From a virus, in IMG/VR virus record IMGVR_UViG_3300034095_000847: a stretch of 64,000 nt of DNA, one strand, 5' to 3'. Each line of letters begins with the position of its first letter. Within the stretch, counting starts at the first letter, position 1. Both the position numbers and the translations under genes were made by a program. The notes beneath the pieces were generated by a model. That model was not told the DNA's origin, did no database searches, and was given only the letters and a program-made list of their open reading frames with translations. Shown here one piece after another: positions 57,145 through 64,000 of the stretch.

Positions 57145-57390
57145 ATGACTGAAATAGACTATTCTGATGCGATTGCTAATGCAAACCCAACTGATGCACC
57201 GTTAATATATACTTCAAAGGGTAATATTCCTGAAGCTGCTTTGACATATAAAACCGAGTGGATTGTAGAATCTGCATATATTTTGTTCGGTGAAAAATGG
57301 TTTTTAGGTGATGAATTAGTGAAATCAAACGCTCACACTTACACAAATAATCCATTTGGACAACTTGGCGTAGAACAATCAACTTTTTAA
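57145..57390 (+). CDS. hypothetical protein (PLIYTSKGN.P...L.Y...W)
   Basis: Downstream of a late promoter. Confidence 0.65.
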   Translation: MTEIDYSDAIANANPTDAPLIYTSKGNIPEAALTYKTEWIVESAYILFGEKWFLGDELVKSNAHTYTNNPFGQLGVEQSTF

Positions 57391-57408
57391 ATTTAAGGAA
57401 ATACAAAA

Positions 57409-57864
57409 ATGGCAAATACTGCAGGTTTATGCAATACTTTTAAAACTGATTTAATGAACGGAGTTCATGCATTTTCTATTGCTACAGGTGGTAAAGCAGC
57501 AGCAGATACATTTTATGGTGCATTGTACTTAGCAACTGCTACATTATCTTCAGCATCGGGTGCTTATACAACATCCGGTGAAATTTCAGCAACTGGTACT
57601 TATGCTGCCGGCGGCCAGGTAATTACTAATGCTTCTGCTCCAGCAAATACTGCTGGTACAACTTATTGGACTCCTTCTGGTTCAATGACTTGGACAGGTG
57701 TTACTATTACTGGTTTTGATACCCTGTTAATATACAACTCAACTGTAGCAGGTAAAAATGCTGTTGGTGTGTTTACATTCTCATCACAAAGTATTACTTC
57801 AGGTACTTTTACATTGACAATGCCTACAAATAACAGTACCACTGGTTTAATTCGTATTGCTTAA
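57409..57864 (+). CDS. virion structural protein
   Basis: C..FK..L..G.H.F, ALY...A, Y.AGG, LIYN, GTFT..MP, ends IRIA. Confidence 0.7.
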   Translation: MANTAGLCNTFKTDLMNGVHAFSIATGGKAAADTFYGALYLATATLSSASGAYTTSGEISATGTYAAGGQVITNASAPANTAGTTYWTPSGSMTWTGVTITGFDTLLIYNSTVAGKNAVGVFTFSSQSITSGTFTLTMPTNNSTTGLIRIA

Positions 57865-57883
57865 TAAATAAAAGAGGATTTAA

Positions 57884-58222
57884 ATGGCAACGGTTGCTAA
57901 TCTATTTGTAGATGCAGGTGCTGATTATAGTAATATAATTACTGTTGCAGCATCAACTACTATACCGCTAAATTTGACTGGTTTTACAGCAAAATCACAG
58001 ATGCGTAAATCGTATAGTTCATCTGTTGCCTTTAACTTTAACACTACAATTTATGATGCTGTTGCAGGTAAAGTTCGTATCCAATTAACCTCATCTGAAT
58101 CAGGAGCAATACCTCCTGGTAGATACCTTTATGATATTGAGATAACACAAACAAACACTGGAATAAAAACAAGAGTCATCGAAGGGATAGTTACAATAAC
58201 ACCACAGATAACGCAGATATAA
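57884..58222 (+). CDS. virion structural protein
   Basis: ANL.VD.GAD, LTG......MRKSY.S, GRY.YD.EI, RV.EG...ITP. Confidence 0.7.
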   Translation: MATVANLFVDAGADYSNIITVAASTTIPLNLTGFTAKSQMRKSYSSSVAFNFNTTIYDAVAGKVRIQLTSSESGAIPPGRYLYDIEITQTNTGIKTRVIEGIVTITPQITQI

Positions 58223-58223
58223 T

Positions 58224-58466
58224 ATGGCAGATATTATTGCAATAGTAGATCAAAACCATTTAACTGCATCGGTTGGATATGATACGGGACCATACGTTTC
58301 AACTAATTTAGCAAACCCGGCAATACTTGGTTCTATATCTGATATAGGTGATGTAGATACCTCGATTATACAAAATGGTTCGGTACTTGTATTTAATTCT
58401 ACTACAAATAAATGGACATCCACCATACATCTTGATTTACAAGATATGGAAGCTGGCGAATTTTAA
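58224..58466 (+). CDS. small structural protein (DVD...GS.LV.....KW)
   Basis: Fibre-associated motif; ends in GEF. Confidence 0.6.
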   Translation: MADIIAIVDQNHLTASVGYDTGPYVSTNLANPAILGSISDIGDVDTSIIQNGSVLVFNSTTNKWTSTIHLDLQDMEAGEF

Positions 58467-58482
58467 CGGAGATAACTAAAAA

Positions 58483-61065
58483 ATGGCATCAACCATAAGA
58501 ATTAAAAGAAGTACAGTCAGCGGGAATCCAAGTGCTCTTGCCGCAGGCGAAATGGCGTATTCAGCTTTAACCGATAATGGTAGTAATGGTGGCGATAGAC
58601 TTTATATTGGTATAGGTACAGAAACGGCAGGAAATGCTACAAACCATTATATAATAGGTGGTAAATATTTTACCGACATGTTGGATCAGTCTCCTGGGAC
58701 TCTTACTGCATCATCTGCTATAGTTGTTGATTCTAATAGTAAAATCAATAATATTAATGTAGGTAATATTACCCTTACAGGTTCTACTAATACTATTAGT
58801 TCAACAAATACTAATGGTGATATTGTTCTTACACCTAATGGTACTGGAAAAACTATAATCACTAATCCATATATTGGTGATAATGCAACTCCATTATCAG
58901 AATATATTTACGATACTGTTGGTGGAGCAGTTACTGCTGGTACCGGTATTACAGTTGCAAATAGTGATGGTGGTAATACAACTACAATTTCTATTACAAA
59001 TACTACTGTAAGTGCTAATACATATGGTTCTGCTACGGCAATCCCTGTAATTACTGTTAATGCTCAAGGTCAACTTACAAATGTAACTACTGCATCAGTA
59101 GCATCTAGTTTAAATATTTCGGGTGATACTGGAACAGATGCGGTTGCTTTATTATCAGATACACTAATATTTATTGGAGGCAATGGACTTACTTCTGCGA
59201 TAACAAATAATACTGTTACATTTGATATTGATACTACTGTAGTTACGTTAGCAGATACTCAAACACTACAAAATAAAACACTAACACTACCAACTATTGG
59301 TGGTACCGGTGCTAAGTTTAATGGTTCATCTTCAGGTACTATTACTGTTTTAGCTACAGCAACTGCCGGTGTTAATTCATTAACATTACCTGCAGATACT
59401 GATACCTTAGTAGGTAAGGCGACAACAGATACATTTACAAATAAAACCTTTAATACTGCCGGTATAGGTAATAGTTTTAGTATTAATAGTAATGCAATTA
59501 CTGCATATACTGGTACTGGTGCGACAGTTGTATTAGCAACTACACCTAGTATTTCAGGTGGTATTAATTTTACCGGCAGTATTAGTGGACAAACTACTTT
59601 AACAACAAATGGTGCTGCTTCAGGTATATTAACATTACCTGCTGCTACAGATACATTAGTTGGTAAAGCAACAACAGATATATTTACAAATAAATCAATT
59701 AGTGGTTCTACAAATACATTTACTAATATTGGTAATAGTGCACTTGTTAATACCTCAGTTACCTTTGGTTCTACAACTGTTGCCTTAGGTGCGGTCTCTA
59801 CAACACTTATTGGATTAACAGAATTAGCTATTGATAATATTAATATTAATGGTAATACTATATCATCTACTGATACTAATGGTAATATTTCATTAGATCC
59901 AAATGGTACAGGTACAGTTGATGTTAATGGAGCAAGAATTACAAATCTTGCAACTCCAACTACTGGAAACGACGCTGTAACAAGAGATTATGTTGATAAT
60001 AAAATAACCGGTTTAACCTGGAAACAAGCAGCAAACTTGTTGGCAAGTTCAAATGTTCCATTAACTGGTAGCACAGGAACAGTATCTATTGATGGTCATA
60101 GTGCATTAACACAAGCACATGGTGATGGATATCGTCTGTTATTAATTGGCCAATTAACACCGTCTGATAATGGTATCTATGTATACAGTGATAATGGTAC
60201 TACCTACACATTAACAAGACCGTCTGATGCTGATACTTATGATGAGTTGATCGGTATGTCGATCTTCATCATGGAAGGTAGCACTTATGCTAATACTGGT
60301 TGGGTACAATCAAATCATTATATAACAAGTTTCAGTAATCAAAACTGGGTACAATTTTCAGGTGCAGGTGCTTATACAGCAGGTGATGGTTTAGGTCAAT
60401 CTGGAACTACATTCTTTGTACAAGCTTCTGCTACTGGCGGCATAGAAGTTGCTGCTGATTATCTACAATTAAAATCAACTGTTGCTGGAGATGGTTTAAC
60501 ATTAACTTCCGGTGTTCTTGATGTAGTTGGTACTGCAAGTAGAATCACAAGTAATGCTAATAGTATAGATATTGCTTCTACTTATGTAGGTCAATCTTCT
60601 ATTACTACATTAGGTACTATTACAACAGGTGTTTGGTCAGGAACAGTAATAGCTTCTGCTAAAGGTGGAACGGGAGTATCTAATTCAAGTACAATTACAC
60701 TAGGTGGAAATATTTCCACCGCTGGAGCATTTAGTACTAGTGGTGCCTTTGCTATTACTCTTACAGCAACTGCTATAACTTCTGTTACATTACCTATAAC
60801 TGGAACTTTATCAACTCTTGCGGGTTCTGAGGCATTAAGTAATAAAACAATTACTGCTTCATCTTTTAGTGGTACTACAGTTGCTGCTTCAGGTAATATA
60901 ACATTTACTTCTGTTACCGATGCTTCTGCCCTTGGAACTGCTCCAGTTGTATTAAGTGGTGGTTTATCTGTTGCTAAAGCAATATATGTTGGTACTAATA
61001 TTACCGGAGCAGGTGCTTCTACATCTACTTTAGATGGATTTAATATCGACGGCGGTACATACTAA
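58483..61065 (+). CDS. tail fibre / long fibre protein
   Basis: I.IKRS.....P..L..GE.AY, NGDI.L.PNGTG, DA....YVD, NGIYV, W.QFSGAG, ends DGGTY. Confidence 0.8.
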   Translation: MASTIRIKRSTVSGNPSALAAGEMAYSALTDNGSNGGDRLYIGIGTETAGNATNHYIIGGKYFTDMLDQSPGTLTASSAIVVDSNSKINNINVGNITLTGSTNTISSTNTNGDIVLTPNGTGKTIITNPYIGDNATPLSEYIYDTVGGAVTAGTGITVANSDGGNTTTISITNTTVSANTYGSATAIPVITVNAQGQLTNVTTASVASSLNISGDTGTDAVALLSDTLIFIGGNGLTSAITNNTVTFDIDTTVVTLADTQTLQNKTLTLPTIGGTGAKFNGSSSGTITVLATATAGVNSLTLPADTDTLVGKATTDTFTNKTFNTAGIGNSFSINSNAITAYTGTGATVVLATTPSISGGINFTGSISGQTTLTTNGAASGILTLPAATDTLVGKATTDIFTNKSISGSTNTFTNIGNSALVNTSVTFGSTTVALGAVSTTLIGLTELAIDNININGNTISSTDTNGNISLDPNGTGTVDVNGARITNLATPTTGNDAVTRDYVDNKITGLTWKQAANLLASSNVPLTGSTGTVSIDGHSALTQAHGDGYRLLLIGQLTPSDNGIYVYSDNGTTYTLTRPSDADTYDELIGMSIFIMEGSTYANTGWVQSNHYITSFSNQNWVQFSGAGAYTAGDGLGQSGTTFFVQASATGGIEVAADYLQLKSTVAGDGLTLTSGVLDVVGTASRITSNANSIDIASTYVGQSSITTLGTITTGVWSGTVIASAKGGTGVSNSSTITLGGNISTAGAFSTSGAFAITLTATAITSVTLPITGTLSTLAGSEALSNKTITASSFSGTTVAASGNITFTSVTDASALGTAPVVLSGGLSVAKAIYVGTNITGAGASTSTLDGFNIDGGTY

Positions 61066-61073
61066 TAGTATTC

Positions 61074-61097
61074 AGGGGAGTTATTACTCCCCCTTTT
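61074..61097 (+). terminator. intrinsic terminator
   Basis: GGGGAGT-TATT-ACTCCCC followed by CTTTT. Confidence 0.75.
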
Positions 61098-61120
61098 ATT
61101 AATCCTTTTTAGGAATCACA

Positions 61121-62713
61121 ATGGCAAACACAGTTCTATTAAAGAAGTCTTCTGTTGCTTCTAAAGTCCCATTAACTACTGATTTAGCTTACGGTGAATT
61201 AGCATTAAATTATACAGATGAAAAACTGTATTTTAAAAATGCATCTAATGTAATTAAATCTTTAAATGTAACTTCATCCGCGTTAACTATTGGTACAGGT
61301 CTTTCAGGTACTTCATATAATGGATCTTCTGCAGTTACTATTGCTATAGATTCTACAGTTACTACATTAACTGGTTCTCAAACTCTTACAAATAAAACTC
61401 TTACTTCTCCTACAATTAATACAAGTACTATTTCAGGTGGTACATTAAACAATTGTATTATTGGTGGAACTACAACCGCAGCAGGTTCATTTACAACAGT
61501 AACTGCATCAGGAATTGTAAGTGGTTCAGAATTAACTTCATCTAATTCTGATGCTGATGAAGGCGGACAAATCAATTTAGCAAAACCACTAACTAATACT
61601 ACATTAGGTGGCGGTGTTACAATTGATGTTTACCAAAATAAATTACGAATTTTTGAACAAGGTGGAACTGCTAGAGGAGTTTATATTGATTTAACTGCTG
61701 CTGGTGCTGGAGTAGCTACAAGTTTACTTGGTGGATCTGGTTCAGTAACTTCTGTTTCTATTGTATCTGCTAATGGATTTGCCGGTACTGTAGCGACAAG
61801 TACCTCAACTCCGACTATTACCTTATCAACTTCTATTACTGGAATATTAAAGGGAAATGGAACAGCAATAAGTGCTGCTATTGTAGGTACTGATTATGCA
61901 TCTCCTTCTCAAACAATGTTTATTGGATCTACATCAGTTGCTATCAATAGATCAAGTGCTAATCTCGCATTGACTGGTATAAGTTCAGTTACATTATCTG
62001 GAAGCACTTCTGGTACTGTTCAATTAATTCCTACGGCCGCGGTTGGTACTGGTACAATATTAACAATACCTGCAACTACAGGTACTATAGTTACTACTGG
62101 GGATACCGGTACTGTTACTAGTACAATGATTGCCGATGGTACAATTGTTAATGAAGATATTAATGCATCTGCCGCAATAGCAGTTTCTAAACTTTCTGCT
62201 AGTACTATTTCAGGTGTTACACTTGGATCAAACCTTAATGCCTTAACAATTGGTACTGGACTTTCAGGTACAAGTTTTAATGGATCTGCCGGAGTAACAA
62301 TTGCAATTGATTCTACTGTAGCTACATTAACTGGTTCTCAAACATTATCAAATAAATCATTAAATGCCTTTGATATTAAAACTGGCACTACAACAATTGT
62401 TAATGAAAATGTAATTCAAGCAACTGTTGCAACAGTATCTCAAACTGCAATAGATACATTTGCTGTTGCTACATATAGATCAGCAAAATATATTGTACAA
62501 ATAACTCAAGGAACAAATTATCAAGTTTCAGAAATCCTTGTTATTCATAATGATACTACTACTACTATGACTGAATATGGTATGATGAATACCAACGGAT
62601 CTCTTGGAACATTTGCTACAGATATTAATACTGGCAATGTTAGATTACTTGTAACAATGGGATCAGCAACTTCAGCAACTATAAATATATCAAGAACAAC
62701 AATGGTTGTATAA
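61121..62713 (+). CDS. tail fibre protein
   Basis: LKKSSV..KVP...DL.YGELA.NY.D.KLY.K; C-terminal DTF....YRSAKY.VQ....YQ.SE..V.H. Confidence 0.8.
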   Translation: MANTVLLKKSSVASKVPLTTDLAYGELALNYTDEKLYFKNASNVIKSLNVTSSALTIGTGLSGTSYNGSSAVTIAIDSTVTTLTGSQTLTNKTLTSPTINTSTISGGTLNNCIIGGTTTAAGSFTTVTASGIVSGSELTSSNSDADEGGQINLAKPLTNTTLGGGVTIDVYQNKLRIFEQGGTARGVYIDLTAAGAGVATSLLGGSGSVTSVSIVSANGFAGTVATSTSTPTITLSTSITGILKGNGTAISAAIVGTDYASPSQTMFIGSTSVAINRSSANLALTGISSVTLSGSTSGTVQLIPTAAVGTGTILTIPATTGTIVTTGDTGTVTSTMIADGTIVNEDINASAAIAVSKLSASTISGVTLGSNLNALTIGTGLSGTSFNGSAGVTIAIDSTVATLTGSQTLSNKSLNAFDIKTGTTTIVNENVIQATVATVSQTAIDTFAVATYRSAKYIVQITQGTNYQVSEILVIHNDTTTTMTEYGMMNTNGSLGTFATDINTGNVRLLVTMGSATSATINISRTTMVV

Positions 62714-62740
62714 TTTTAATCTTGTGGATAGGGAAATGAG

Positions 62741-64000
62741 ATGGCAAACGAGTTTGTAGTAAAGAATGGGGCAATCACACCTAATCTTCAATTAACTGGA
62801 TCAACATCTGGTACTATTACTGTTTTAGCAACTGCTACTGCGGGATCAAATACACTTACATTACCTGCAGTAACTGGAACCGCAGTAACAACGGGTGATA
62901 CTGGTTCTGTTACAAATACCATGTTGGCAGGTTCAATTGCTAACACTAAATTAGCAAATAGTTCAATTACTGTAAATGGATCATCTATTAGTTTAGGTGG
63001 ATCTACAACAATTACCTCAAATACTACTAATGCCTTAACAATTGGCTCAGGCCTATCAGGTACAAGTTTTAATGGATCTGCCGGAGTAACAATTGCAATT
63101 GATTCTACTGTTGCAACTCTTACTGGTATTCAAACTCTTACTAATAAAACTCTTACTTCGCCTGCAGTTACAACTAGTTTAACAACTGGAAGTACATCAT
63201 TTGATTTATTAAATACCACAGCAACTACTATAAATTTTGGCGGAGCATCAACTGCTATATCCATAGGTAATACTGCCCATACAGGTACAACATCAATTCA
63301 ACATGATCTATATGTGTATGGTAATATTACCTTTGGTGGCGGTGCAACTCAATTATCTGGTACCCAACTTGTTATTGATGATCCACTAATTTATATTGGA
63401 GATAATAATGTTGCAGATATTACAGATCTGGGTATTATCGGTGCTTATAATAATGGGACACATCTACATACCGGATTAGTAAGAGATGCTTCTGATAGTG
63501 TATGGAAATTATTTAGTGGAATGACTTCTGAACCTAGTTCATCTACAGTAGATTTTACAGGTGTAACATATGCACCATTAAAAGTCGGAAACTTAGAATA
63601 CACAGGCACACTCACAGGCTCAACAGGCGTACTGAACATCGGCTCAGGTCAGGTTTATAAAGATGCGTCAGGCAACGTGGGGATTGGGACTACTTCGCCT
63701 ACAAGCGGTGTAAAACTTGATGTAAACGGAACAATTAAAATTGGTACTGGTACTTCAGCTTCTGCTGGTTGTATTTTTACAAATGCTAACTTCGGGATGT
63801 TGTTTCAAGCCTATCAAGCATCTCCAGCGCTAGCCGACTTTAGTTGGTTAAATTCAGCAGGCACAGAACGCATGCGCATCGACTCCAGCGGCAAAGTGGG
63901 GATTGGGAATACTAATCCACTAACTAAACTGGATGTTTATGGCGCACAAGTTTTAAATCGAGGGGTAATTCAAGCAATAGATTCAACAGCACAAGCAGCA
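62741..64000 (+). CDS. tail fibre protein, partial (runs off window end)
   Basis: Read manually: MANEFVVKNG...; DPLIY, GLVRDASD..WKLF, GNVGIGT, ERMRIDSSG.VGIG. Confidence 0.8.
   Translation, partial: MANEFVVKNGAITPNLQLTGSTSGTITVLATATAGSNTLTLPAVTGTAVTTGDTGSVTNTMLAGSIANTKLANSSITVNGSSISLGGSTTITSNTTNALTIGSGLSGTSFNGSAGVTIAIDSTVATLTGIQTLTNKTLTSPAVTTSLTTGSTSFDLLNTTATTINFGGASTAISIGNTAHTGTTSIQHDLYVYGNITFGGGATQLSGTQLVIDDPLIYIGDNNVADITDLGIIGAYNNGTHLHTGLVRDASDSVWKLFSGMTSEPSSSTVDFTGVTYAPLKVGNLEYTGTLTGSTGVLNIGSGQVYKDASGNVGIGTTSPTSGVKLDVNGTIKIGTGTSASAGCIFTNANFGMLFQAYQASPALADFSWLNSAGTERMRIDSSGKVGIGNTNPLTKLDVYGAQVLNRGVIQAIDSTAQAA

Noticed and set aside
1-64000. Stop-codon recoding, introns/inteins, DGR or invertase-driven fibre switching
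   Set aside because: Core genes are full length in the standard code and TAA, TAG and TGA all terminate genes; no homing endonuclease, reverse transcriptase or recombinase was recognised

Overview
An AT-rich segment of a T4-like (gp55-dependent) myovirus genome; all calls come from manual motif recognition, with no database search. 1-27.6 kb: a tRNA 3' end, GroES, methyl- and glycosyltransferases, then a hyperplastic early region of short ORFs driven by about 11 copies of a conserved sigma70-type promoter/leader cassette (GTTTAC-N17-TATAAT...CTCATAAATT...TGAGG). This region includes a PlcP-like metallophosphoesterase plus Agt-like GT4 glycosyltransferase pair (a candidate phage-borne phospholipid-to-glycolipid remodelling module), PhoH, a HAD nucleotidase, a DenV-like glycosylase, a PD-(D/E)xK exonuclease and a SleB-like hydrolase. 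A late-promoter island with an adhesin-like gene and an inverted tail-fibre cassette (17.7-22.1 kb) is embedded in it. 26.7-28.5 kb: gp33, gp59, gp32. 28.6-33.6 kb (minus strand): tape measure/gp29-like, gp51-like and gp26 (with a candidate -1 frameshift), small terminase, gp54-like, gp2, gp4. 33.6-64 kb (plus strand): gp48, gp53, hub, a split gp5 (OB-fold / GH19 + beta-helix + M15 peptidase), PAAR, gp25, gp6, gp7-like, gp8, a 2243-aa structural protein and several tail fibres, the last truncated by the window end. No CRISPR array, intron, IS or integrase was seen.
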